64,000 nt of DNA from an uncultured Bdellovibrio sp. (lineage in GTDB: Bacteria > Bdellovibrionota > Bdellovibrionia > Bdellovibrionales > Bdellovibrionaceae): assembly GCA_963932905.1 (NCBI GenBank), contig CAWVRN010000018.1, forward strand, positions 23,628 to 87,627. The letters run 5' to 3'. Shown piece by piece: positions 30,789-40,398 of this stretch. Positions within the stretch are counted from its first letter, which is position 1, and every line of letters begins with the position of its first letter. A program made the position numbers and the translations under genes. Below the pieces are notes generated by a model that had not been told where the DNA came from, did not search any database, and worked only from the letters and a program-made list of their open reading frames with translations.

Positions 30789-31670
30789 CTATTCAGTTCC
30801 TTTTCTAGTCAGTGGCGACTCTAGAACCCAGTCTGGCCAATCACCTTTCTTAGGTTTTATATCAACAGAGGGAACATAGACACTGACCGTGTTGCCTTTT
30901 TGAATTTTTACGTAGGCTAACGTTACCGTTTCACCCGGAGTCACCAAAGGAACTTGGACACGTTTTTTAATTTCATTCGACGTCCCACCAAATAAAGTTA
31001 GATTGAGTGTGGACAACGTGTGAGCTTTATCACCGCTGGGCCAATAATTCGCATCGACACGATAGATTCCTAGCGGTGGTGATGAATGAGTATATAGATA
31101 GGGACCGTACCCCGGCTGATCGAAACTGCCACCTTGCTCATTCAGATAAAATTTTCCACCCGACTCTGAACTTGTATCGGCCCAGTAGATATGAACTGTT
31201 GGTTTCGCCAACGGATCAGCTTCGCCCATTTTTGGTTCATAAATATGTAAGTCTGTATAAACATTATCTGTGTCACTAGTAAGAATCGCCAAGAAAGGTA
31301 GATTGGGAATTTTTGCGTAAACTGATTTTTTTTCAGTAAATGTTCCGGCTTTATTTGTCGCTGATACCTCGATGTAGTTCTTACCTTGAGTCACTGGAAA
31401 CTTTCTTTTGAATTCCCCTTTTATTGTGCGAATTAAATACTTGTCGCCATTAATATTGATAGTGATCGGATCAACTGTGTCGTCACTGACTTTTCCAGCA
31501 ATCTCTAGCATACGGTCTACCGTCCAACCGGCCCTAGGTTTGTTTAACGTAATTGAAATTGGTTTCGTTGATTTTGAAATTTGCTTCCCAGACTGTCGCT
31601 CTTCAACAGCGGCCAGAGTACAAAGTTGAAACAAAAAAATCCCCATGAAAAATGCTGACTTAGAATTCAT
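30789..31670 (-). CDS. yfaP: DUF2135 family protein (YfaP-like)
   Basis: P.AGW, INGD...GEFKRKF...GKNYIEV, DTD...DLHIYEP and GYGP. Confidence 0.85.
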   Translation of the reverse strand: MNSKSAFFMGIFLFQLCTLAAVEERQSGKQISKSTKPISITLNKPRAGWTVDRMLEIAGKVSDDTVDPITININGDKYLIRTIKGEFKRKFPVTQGKNYIEVSATNKAGTFTEKKSVYAKIPNLPFLAILTSDTDNVYTDLHIYEPKMGEADPLAKPTVHIYWADTSSESGGKFYLNEQGGSFDQPGYGPYLYTHSSPPLGIYRVDANYWPSGDKAHTLSTLNLTLFGGTSNEIKKRVQVPLVTPGETVTLAYVKIQKGNTVSVYVPSVDIKPKKGDWPDWVLESPLTRKGTE

Positions 31671-32147
31671 AAACGTCCTATTCTTGAAACTCCCTACATT
31701 TCAGAAAAAATAGTATCGAAGTGCAACGACATAAATGGTAGTCAGCCTTTGGTCGGCACGACCTAGGACCGTCAGACCTAAGTCTAAAGAAAAACGTCGA
31801 CATTTAATACAATCAGAATAATTTTAAATTTCTGCTTTTTTATCTACCTCTAACTTCTATATAATTTTGAATTCCTCAAAATCTGATCGATTTTTAATCG
31901 ATAAATTATTGACTACATTTTAACAAAATTCTACGAGTCAGAATTTCGCCTGATTTCAACTGGATACCAAGTTCTTGTCTCAGAATCATCCAGGCTGGCC
32001 ATTTGCTTAGGCATTACCTTGGATTTAAACGAATTAAATCTTTTGAGTTAAGGATAGCTCGGCAATCGCAAACTGTGAACGTACCACCTCTTCCGTAGTT
32101 TGTCTGAATCCTTCCTACACTCTCACAACCAAATATTAGGAGATCAG

Positions 32148-32918
32148 ATGACAAAAATTTTATTTTTGTTAGCTACGGTTACGTTTCTTTCAGCGTGTGG
32201 TTCGAACTCAATCTTACAGTCTATTACAGTGTCGTCAGTAGTAGATACCGAACAGAATCAGTGGGTTCATATGGATTCAAAAATTAAAATGGGATCATTG
32301 CAGTTTCCTGCCTTGACCATTCCGATATTGAATCCAAAAGATGCAACGGAACTTTTGGGAAAAGTTTCTTTAGCTCCGGGCGCCGATGGCACCAATTTGC
32401 TTTCGGTTCAAGCGAACTTGAATCAGCTGCATAACAACGCTTTGGTTCAAGACAGATTGTTACCAAACGGCGATCAAATTCCAATATCAGGAATGGATGG
32501 AGTCGTATCGGTGAAAATTTCCGATCGCTCGAAAGTTTACGTCGGTGCAAACTCAACTCAGTTCCTGGTTGGTCTTGCTCTTGTGATCCCAGCGTTTGAT
32601 TCTATCGGCAAATATTTGCCAGGCGCGGCTCTGTTTCTACCGCTTCCACAAGGTTCCAAAGTGGATGGTGCGGCCGGTGTTTTCACAGGGGCTTCAGGTC
32701 AAAATGGTATCGGGATCTTTATCCTGACTCCTAACACGATCCAATTGAATAAAAGTAATAGCTTAGCCAAAATGGCGTCAGCTAACACTAACCGCAGCGT
32801 CGCTGTCGAAACCAAGGCAACAGCCGTTATTTCCGATGAAAATTCATCGAAAAATAGCAATTTGAAACGCTCCCTGTATTTTATGAGCTTAAAATCGCAA
32901 GTTCTAAGTATTAAGTAA
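32148..32918 (+). CDS. Hypothetical lipoprotein
   Basis: AGGAG RBS, ATG 32148, lipobox FLSAC. Confidence 0.75.
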   Translation: MTKILFLLATVTFLSACGSNSILQSITVSSVVDTEQNQWVHMDSKIKMGSLQFPALTIPILNPKDATELLGKVSLAPGADGTNLLSVQANLNQLHNNALVQDRLLPNGDQIPISGMDGVVSVKISDRSKVYVGANSTQFLVGLALVIPAFDSIGKYLPGAALFLPLPQGSKVDGAAGVFTGASGQNGIGIFILTPNTIQLNKSNSLAKMASANTNRSVAVETKATAVISDENSSKNSNLKRSLYFMSLKSQVLSIK

Positions 32919-33006
32919 TTTCTTAAGCTAAATTTTGAAAAAAAATTTCCAAGCTTAATCATGAGTCTTTACCCAATCACCCAATTGCGGTAAAGACTCT
33001 GTTCTA

Positions 33007-33921
33007 ATGGACGCAATTCTAAATCGACTGATGAAAAACTATGATCGCATTTTCCCGTGGGCTAAACGTAATCACGTCGAAGCGTTTCGTATTTATGATC
33101 GCGATATCCCGGAATACCCTTTTATTTTAGACTTATACAAAGACATCGGCATCATCTACGACAAATCAAACCCGCTGATCGAACGCGACAAGGTCCACTT
33201 CGAGGATTTCCAAGAAGCCGTTACGAAACTATGGCCAGAATGGAAGCATTGCTTTATCAAGCAGCGCCGGCGCCAAGAAGGCCAAGATCAATATGAACGT
33301 ATTGGTGATAAAGAATTTAAAATCACAGTCACTGAAGGAAAAGCTCAGTTTCACGTCAATTTATCCGATTATTTGGATACAGGGCTTTTCTTAGATCACC
33401 GTAATTTGCGTTACAAAGTATTTAAAACGTCTAAAAATAAAACGCTTTTGAATCTTTTCTGCTACACGGGCGCATTTAGTGTTCAAGCCGCTTTGGGCGG
33501 AGCAAAAACGACCAGTATCGATATGTCAAAAACCTACATCGAATGGGCTCAAGAAAATTTCAAACTCAATAAAATCCCTCTAGATCAGCATATTTTTCAT
33601 GCGGCTAACGTAATGGACGTTTTACCGACTTTGAAAGAAAAATTCGACGTGATCGTTTTAGATCCTCCCACATTTTCAAATTCAAAAAAGATGGCCGAAT
33701 CGTTCGAGGTTGAACGTGACCAAGTGGGATTAGTTGATTCTTGTATGAAATTGCTAAAAGACGACGGCATTCTGTATTTCTCCTGCAATAAAAGAACGTT
33801 TAGAATCGATAAAGAACTCTTAGAGAAATATGAAGTAAAAAATATTACAAAAGATACGATTCCCATCGATTTTCACGATCAAAAAATACACCACTGTTTT
33901 GAAATTTCTCATCGAAAATAA
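33007..33921 (+). CDS. Stand-alone RlmK-like rRNA methyltransferase (C-terminal half of RlmKL)
   Basis: RIYDRDIPEY, YLDTGLFLDHR, LNLFCYTG, DMSKTY, DPPTFSNSK and DF...KIH. Confidence 0.85.
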   Translation: MDAILNRLMKNYDRIFPWAKRNHVEAFRIYDRDIPEYPFILDLYKDIGIIYDKSNPLIERDKVHFEDFQEAVTKLWPEWKHCFIKQRRRQEGQDQYERIGDKEFKITVTEGKAQFHVNLSDYLDTGLFLDHRNLRYKVFKTSKNKTLLNLFCYTGAFSVQAALGGAKTTSIDMSKTYIEWAQENFKLNKIPLDQHIFHAANVMDVLPTLKEKFDVIVLDPPTFSNSKKMAESFEVERDQVGLVDSCMKLLKDDGILYFSCNKRTFRIDKELLEKYEVKNITKDTIPIDFHDQKIHHCFEISHRK

Positions 33922-33986
33922 GTCAGCGGTTAAAAAGTCTTAATTTCTTATTTACTTAGTCTCCAAAAGGCTTTACAAGGTCCCCT

Positions 33987-35270
33987 ATGAACGCATTAGG
34001 AAGACATATTTTAGTAGAGTTTACGGGTTGTAACGCTGACGTTTTAAACGACGTTTCAGCTATTGAAAAAAGCATGATCGACGCAGCCAAAATTGCGGGC
34101 GCGACAGTCATCAGCTCCAACTTTCACCATTTTTCTCCGTGGGGAGTATCTGGAGTTGTTGTTATTCAGGAAAGTCATTTGGCTATTCATACATGGCCTG
34201 AATATCGTTACGCTTCTGTTGATTTATTCACTTGCGGTGAAACGGTAGATCCTTGGGTGTCTTTTGAGCATTTAAAACAAGCTCTAGAAGCGACGTATTC
34301 GGCGATCGAATTAAACCGCGGTGCTTTGAACATTATCAAAAAATCAGATTATAAACCTACAAACGTTCGTGATTCATCTAATCCTATCGACACAAAAAAT
34401 TTCAAAATCGCGCGTAACGTTTGGTTTACCGACAAAGACGACATGCAGGCGCTATCACTTCGTTACACTGGCGATGTGTTATTCAACGAAACAACAGATT
34501 TCCAACAAGTTCGTGTATTCGATACTTTAGCTTACGGAAAAATGCTGGCGATCAATAACATGGTAATGTGCACCGAACGTGACGAATTCCATTATCACGA
34601 AATGATCGTTCACCCGGTTTCTCAATTAAGCAAAAATTTGAAAAACGTTTTAGTTATCGGTGGTGGTGACGGCGGAACAATTCGCGAGTTATTTAAATAT
34701 AGCTCGATCGAAAAAGTAACAATGGTTGAAATAGACGAAGCTGTTGTGAACGCCTCTAAAAAGCATTTACCTACGTTAAGCACTGAATTCTCGAATCCAA
34801 AGTTAAATTTGATCATTGGTGATGGTATCGAACATGTTCGTAATGCCAAAGCAGGAACGTACGACCTAGTTATCGTCGATGGATCCGATCCAGTGGGACC
34901 GGCAGAAGGTCTATTTACTAAGGCGTTCTATACTGACTGCGCGCGCGTATTAACGGACGACGGGATGCTAGTCACTCAAGGTGAATCGCCAATGTTCCAC
35001 ACAAATACATTCGTTGAATTAAATCACTGCTTAAAAGACATTTTTGGAATACAGAAGGTTCACACGATGTTATTCCACGCTACGACGTATCCGTCTGGCA
35101 TGTGGTCATTGATGATGGCTTCTAAAAAAGCAATCAATCCTAAAACAGATATCGACGTGGCCAAGGCAGCGTCGTTCGTAAAACAAAAAAACTTAAAATA
35201 CTATAACGAAGAACTTCATGCGGCCTCTTTCTGCCTGCCAAACTTCGTTAAAAACCTACTCGAAAAGTAG
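33987..35270 (+). CDS. speD-speE: S-adenosylmethionine decarboxylase - spermidine synthase fusion
   Basis: N-terminal [16 protein letters not shown] (pyruvoyl site), HTWPE, DLFTCG; C-terminal [28 protein letters not shown]. Confidence 0.93.
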   Translation: MNALGRHILVEFTGCNADVLNDVSAIEKSMIDAAKIAGATVISSNFHHFSPWGVSGVVVIQESHLAIHTWPEYRYASVDLFTCGETVDPWVSFEHLKQALEATYSAIELNRGALNIIKKSDYKPTNVRDSSNPIDTKNFKIARNVWFTDKDDMQALSLRYTGDVLFNETTDFQQVRVFDTLAYGKMLAINNMVMCTERDEFHYHEMIVHPVSQLSKNLKNVLVIGGGDGGTIRELFKYSSIEKVTMVEIDEAVVNASKKHLPTLSTEFSNPKLNLIIGDGIEHVRNAKAGTYDLVIVDGSDPVGPAEGLFTKAFYTDCARVLTDDGMLVTQGESPMFHTNTFVELNHCLKDIFGIQKVHTMLFHATTYPSGMWSLMMASKKAINPKTDIDVAKAASFVKQKNLKYYNEELHAASFCLPNFVKNLLEK

Positions 35271-35276
35271 GCCAGA

Positions 35277-36869
35277 ATGAATCAAGCGTCGAATTCCATA
35301 TTGCTATGTGCTCTGAATTCGACGTACCAACACGCAGCTTTCGGGCTGCGCTACTTACGCGCCAATCTGAAAGAACTTAAAGATCAAACTCAAATTGTCG
35401 AATTCACTATCTCGCAAAGTCCTCTAGAGATCGTGGAAAAAATTCTATCAATGAATCCCAAAATCGTAGGCTTTGGTGTTTATATTTGGAACACGGATGA
35501 AGTTCTAAAAGTCATCCGCTACCTTAAACAACTTCAACCCGAACTAACCATTGTTCTTGGCGGTCCAGAAATCAGCTATGAAACAGAAACGCAAGATCAC
35601 GTGAATTACTGCGATTACATTATCAAGGGCGAAGCTGATTTTTCGTTCTATAACTTGTGCCATGACATTTTAAATCAGCGTCCAATGGACGCGTGGAAGA
35701 AAATTTCTCAGCAACCATTACCGGATATAAAATCGATCGTGTTGCCTTATGATCTTTATACCGATGAAGATATTCAAAATCGAGTTCTATATGTTGAAGC
35801 CTCACGAGGCTGCCCTTACAAATGTGAATATTGCCTTTCTTCTTTGGATGTATCAGTTCGTAATTTCGCCGTGGAGCCATTCCTTGAGCAAATGCAGAGA
35901 CTGATCGATCGCGGTGCTAAACAGTTTAAATTTGTCGATCGCACGTTCAATCTAAGTCCGACTATTTCTGAATCGATTTTAGTTTTCTTCCTAAAACAAA
36001 TCGATAAAGGTTTGTTTCTTCATTTTGAAATGGTCCCAGACCGTCTGCCTGACAATTTAAAAGAACTCATCAAGCAATTCCCACAAGGAACTTTGCAGTT
36101 TGAAATTGGCATTCAAACGTTGAACGAAAATGTATCGGCACTCATTAGCCGCCGACAAAATCACGTAAAAATGAAGGAGAACTTCCTCTATCTTCGTGAG
36201 CATACAAAAGTGCACACGCATGCTGATTTGATCGTTGGTCTTCCGGCAGAAACAATCGAAAGCTTTAAAAAAGGTTTTGATCAGTTAATCGAATGGGATC
36301 CAGACGAAATTCAAGTCGGTATTTTAAAACGCTTAAAGGGCACACCAATTATTCGTCATCAGAGCAAATTTGAAATGGTGTATTCAGAAAACACGCCTTA
36401 CCAAATTTTGAAAACTAAAGATCTAACGTTCCAAGAACTCCAGCAAATGAATCGTTTCTCGCGTTACTGGGATATGATCGCAAATTCTGGTCAGTTCAAT
36501 TTAACGATGACTTTTTTAAAACAAAAAACGAAAATTGAAGGCCATTCATTTTTTGATTTATTTTTCAGCTTGTCTCAATATTTGTATGAACGTCACCGGG
36601 GCACTTTTGCGATCTCGTTGATGAATTTAACGGAATCGGTTTTTAAATATCTAGCCGATATTTTGAAAGTTCCGGCGAAAGAAGCCGCAGAATTAATCTA
36701 TCGTGACTTTTGTACGCGTAAAAAACGCGATATTCCTGGTTACCTAAAGCCCTATTTGGATGCAGCCATCGTGAAATCAACACAGAATGCACACCACAAA
36801 GAATCGGTGCCGACAGATAGCTTACGCAAACGCCAAGCTAACCATGCGACTCAAGACGCCGTTGTTTGA
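35277..36869 (+). CDS. B12-binding domain radical SAM protein (DUF4080-like)
   Basis: N-terminal cobalamin-binding domain (YIWN, LGGPE, GEAD); EASRGCPYKCEYC; FVDRTFN. Confidence 0.9.
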   Translation: MNQASNSILLCALNSTYQHAAFGLRYLRANLKELKDQTQIVEFTISQSPLEIVEKILSMNPKIVGFGVYIWNTDEVLKVIRYLKQLQPELTIVLGGPEISYETETQDHVNYCDYIIKGEADFSFYNLCHDILNQRPMDAWKKISQQPLPDIKSIVLPYDLYTDEDIQNRVLYVEASRGCPYKCEYCLSSLDVSVRNFAVEPFLEQMQRLIDRGAKQFKFVDRTFNLSPTISESILVFFLKQIDKGLFLHFEMVPDRLPDNLKELIKQFPQGTLQFEIGIQTLNENVSALISRRQNHVKMKENFLYLREHTKVHTHADLIVGLPAETIESFKKGFDQLIEWDPDEIQVGILKRLKGTPIIRHQSKFEMVYSENTPYQILKTKDLTFQELQQMNRFSRYWDMIANSGQFNLTMTFLKQKTKIEGHSFFDLFFSLSQYLYERHRGTFAISLMNLTESVFKYLADILKVPAKEAAELIYRDFCTRKKRDIPGYLKPYLDAAIVKSTQNAHHKESVPTDSLRKRQANHATQDAVV

Positions 36870-37279
36870 TCTAGTAGCCGTTGAATTTCACCTAAATCTT
36901 TAATTTCGTTTTTAGTTAAATCCGACGCCATGACTTTCTTTTCGGTTCGGCTTTTTGCGATCTTGTATACAGATACCATGTAAATCGAAAGAATGATCAG
37001 GCCAAGCCAGCTTAAAAAGATCATCATCGTTCCAAAAATAAAAGCACTGCGGGTCGCCTTTTGGTAGTCGGCCTCTGATAACGATTTTGAATCAGTGCCT
37101 TCTATTTTGATCGGGGCACCTTGATCCATTGACCAATACCAACCCAATTTTCCCAAGTTTTCATTCAACGTCTTTATCTTCTGATCCGAAAATGATTTAT
37201 GAACGATATACAGATTAAAATTTGCAATGAGAAAAGTTATGAATGCCCCGACGGCGCCGATGGCAGCTATTTCTGGCAT
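36851..37279 (-). CDS. Hypothetical membrane protein
   Basis: Two hydrophobic segments; GAGG RBS. Confidence 0.65.
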   Translation of the reverse strand: MPEIAAIGAVGAFITFLIANFNLYIVHKSFSDQKIKTLNENLGKLGWYWSMDQGAPIKIEGTDSKSLSEADYQKATRSAFIFGTMMIFLSWLGLIILSIYMVSVYKIAKSRTEKKVMASDLTKNEIKDLGEIQRLLDQTTAS

Positions 37280-37289
37280 AAACCCTCAC

Positions 37290-37685
37290 TCACGTACTAC
37301 ATTCAAGTTCTAATAGATAACTGCTTTGATCGGCATGCACGAATGCATTCGTGCCTACAATATCCACTAGCAATATCGAAAACAAACCACCATCAATTAG
37401 AATTCCTAAAAACGTGGCCGGATCTACAGATCTACGCACCACCTTTTCCCCTTCTAGGCAGTTGGCTTTCTTCCCTACAAAAGTTACCCGACCGCGTTTA
37501 GGAATAGTAACCTCAAGCGGCTGCTCTGGCCCGGCTATTCCTCGATAGACGTCGTTGATATAAATTTGGGTATCCGTAACGGTAGATAAGATTTCGACTT
37601 GATCAGTAGAACCATGTAAAATCGTCGCACACGATATTAATTGAAACGATAAAACAAAAAACAGTACGATCCGACATAGGCGCAT
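37290..37685 (-). CDS. Hypothetical lipoprotein (PEGA-like domain plus C-terminal hydrophobic segment)
   Basis: Lipobox LISC-ATI, IYIND..RG, and VDIVG.NAF. Confidence 0.7.
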   Translation of the reverse strand: MRLCRIVLFFVLSFQLISCATILHGSTDQVEILSTVTDTQIYINDVYRGIAGPEQPLEVTIPKRGRVTFVGKKANCLEGEKVVRRSVDPATFLGILIDGGLFSILLVDIVGTNAFVHADQSSYLLELECST

Positions 37686-37752
37686 ATATCTTTAGCTATA
37701 CAGTGTATGAATATTGACATCAATAAAATTAATTCATCTACTTGTCTTCAGC

Positions 37753-40398
37753 ATGTTTAAAATTCTTCTAACAGTTCTGATATCGGCTCATTGCGCATTT
37801 GCTTATTTAGTTTCAAATGATGACACGTATTACGTTTATCACACGCCCCACGTGTCTTACATATTAACAGAATCTGATTTCAAATATTTGCCAAGACTAA
37901 CGGCCCAACTTCAGCGAAGCCAGCGCCTTTTCGAAAAGGAATTTGCTTGGGCCTTAGATGAGCGAACTTCGTTGATTGTAACTTCGAATAAAAATCAAGT
38001 CGCCAACGCGTTTGCAACCATATCACCAAATAACATGGTCGTATTTTTAAAAGGGGGGGTTGATTTTCTTGAATCATCGGCCACGCCTTCGTGGATTGAT
38101 ACTCTTTCCAGCCATGAGGTAGCTCACGTTTACCAGCTAAATGCTAAAAATCAATTGGGTTCGTTGCTTAAAAAAATATTCGGCAATCAAATCTACATTC
38201 CCATTCCTCTTTTGCCTTGGCCGATCTTTATCTCGCCGACCGCGATGTTGCCGACATTTATCGTCGAAGGAAACGCGGTTCTCAATGAATCACGCTTGAA
38301 TCAAGGCGGTCGTTTATTAAGTGGCGAGTCTCTGGTATTAGTGTCCGAGCTTATCCACAGTGATAAAGCCGATATGAAATACTTAATGAACGTCAATCTA
38401 GAATTTCCTTTTGGAACCGAAAAATACATTTTGGGCGGTTTTTTTCAATCTTACTTAGCCGATAGATATGACTTTGCGACTCTCAACCGATTTTTTATTC
38501 ATCACGCAGAAAACAATATCAATCCATTTGATTTAAAGTCCTCGTTCGCCGCGACGTTCTTTGCCGACTACGAAAAACTATATCAAGAATTTCTGGATTC
38601 TGTCCGAGCTAGACAAAAAAATTACAACGCGTATCGCGGAAACAGCTTAACGACGTCGCTTGCAGCTGTGGAATTCAAACGCATCGATGATACCATCTAT
38701 TTTTTAAGTATTTCAGATGGCAAAACTCCTAATACTTTAAATCAATTCCATGTTTCCTCTAGAATTCTCATTACGGAACGATCGTATTTGAAATCAGGAC
38801 GAATTTACCGCGTCGACAATAAACTATATACGGCCACGAGTTACTCGCAAAACGAAAGAAATATTTTCTTCTCGTTAGTGGATGAAGACTATAATTTTAA
38901 TCCACTTTTCAATAACAAATATGTGACCGATATCGAAGGCACGCATGTCAGCTATTTTGACATGAATCAATCGTTTGACCGCGGCGTCCTTTACCGCGAC
39001 CAGGAAAAAATCGCTGAAACGGAATCCAAAGCGCTTCTAGATAAAGAAGGCAATATATACTACTTCAAACAAGAAGACGGATTGAAGGCTCTTTATAAAA
39101 ATCACGACAAACTGACTTTCTTTGAATCCTACTACGCTTTACTTACCGACGTCATTAACAGCGACGAAATCTATTTCATATCTAATTCACAGAATGGCGC
39201 TAGCCTGTTTTGCCATTGCAATGGCCAAACGACGCGTGTTCTGCCTTACGACAACGTGATGTCAGCAATGAAAGCTAATAACGGCTTTCTAGTTTCGTTT
39301 CTAAATGGCGATAGATATCATATCGCATTTATCGAAGACGCAACAACATCAGATCAAAGACCATTCAACATCAGAGCTCAGCTATCAAGCGAATATTTCA
39401 AGTCTCATGTCCCAATCGAGGAAACGCCGATTACGGAAAAACCAAAACCTTATTTAAGTTTTTCTGAATTACGCTTTTCCGAATATTCCATGAATTTTGT
39501 TTATTCAAAATCTCATACGACGATGTTAAACACATTGAACTGGATTGATCCTCTTTTCTATTCTAGCATCTCAGCGACATTTTCGTTATCAAACAAACTG
39601 GCTTATAATCAATTGGAATTTCAGTATTCGCCTTACGCCACTAAGTTCTATTTATCTGGAACAAATGAAACTGAATTCTATTTTGACGAAACTGAAAAAA
39701 TAACTACGAATTCGTATCGATTCACGATGGAAAATACTTTGCTTGATAAACGTTACTCCACCTTAAAAGTCGGACTAGATTTCCAAGGCGACTCTAACAA
39801 GTTTTTTAGAAACGACATCAGTACAGCGTACGCTACGTATCAATACTATGAATCCTACTTTTTAAACTATCGCCCTTATACTTATTTTTCTTTCACGCCG
39901 TCTCTTGAGAAGTCTGCTGGGAGCACATCCCAAAGCTATTCAATTCATGCTGGTAAAAAACTATTCTATGATTTGTATTTAAGCCTAGGATTATCTAAAA
40001 ATAATTCCGAGTATTTTAAATTAGAAGCAGCACCCGAAACACACGGTTTCTTTAAACGCGGCTTAAAAACTCCGGTTTACTATTCAACACTATATACCAA
40101 TGACATCAGTCAGGGCGATCTAGAACTTCTTTATGAAATTCCTTACTCTAAATACTACTATCGCTTTCCGATCTCTGTACGCAGGCTTGCTCCCTTTGCT
40201 GGATATCAAAAAAGCCACTCCAAAGAGTTTTTCTACCGGACCGAAATTGATGACATTTCATTCGCGACATTGGGTCTAGAAGCCGAGCTCCTGCTATTCC
40301 ACACCAATCCGACACGCGTGCGACTACTCTCGACTGAAATCACCATCGAAGATAAAAGCGAAACACGTTTCGGCCTGGAAATCAAAACCAGCTTTTAG
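37753..40398 (+). CDS. Outer-membrane protein: N-terminal gluzincin-like HExxH domain, putative beta-propeller, C-terminal beta-barrel
   Basis: Signal peptide from ATG 37753; ANAFA, HEVAH and VEGNAV; aromatic-rich beta strands; terminal Phe (LEIKTSF). Confidence 0.7.
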   Translation: MFKILLTVLISAHCAFAYLVSNDDTYYVYHTPHVSYILTESDFKYLPRLTAQLQRSQRLFEKEFAWALDERTSLIVTSNKNQVANAFATISPNNMVVFLKGGVDFLESSATPSWIDTLSSHEVAHVYQLNAKNQLGSLLKKIFGNQIYIPIPLLPWPIFISPTAMLPTFIVEGNAVLNESRLNQGGRLLSGESLVLVSELIHSDKADMKYLMNVNLEFPFGTEKYILGGFFQSYLADRYDFATLNRFFIHHAENNINPFDLKSSFAATFFADYEKLYQEFLDSVRARQKNYNAYRGNSLTTSLAAVEFKRIDDTIYFLSISDGKTPNTLNQFHVSSRILITERSYLKSGRIYRVDNKLYTATSYSQNERNIFFSLVDEDYNFNPLFNNKYVTDIEGTHVSYFDMNQSFDRGVLYRDQEKIAETESKALLDKEGNIYYFKQEDGLKALYKNHDKLTFFESYYALLTDVINSDEIYFISNSQNGASLFCHCNGQTTRVLPYDNVMSAMKANNGFLVSFLNGDRYHIAFIEDATTSDQRPFNIRAQLSSEYFKSHVPIEETPITEKPKPYLSFSELRFSEYSMNFVYSKSHTTMLNTLNWIDPLFYSSISATFSLSNKLAYNQLEFQYSPYATKFYLSGTNETEFYFDETEKITTNSYRFTMENTLLDKRYSTLKVGLDFQGDSNKFFRNDISTAYATYQYYESYFLNYRPYTYFSFTPSLEKSAGSTSQSYSIHAGKKLFYDLYLSLGLSKNNSEYFKLEAAPETHGFFKRGLKTPVYYSTLYTNDISQGDLELLYEIPYSKYYYRFPISVRRLAPFAGYQKSHSKEFFYRTEIDDISFATLGLEAELLLFHTNPTRVRLLSTEITIEDKSETRFGLEIKTSF

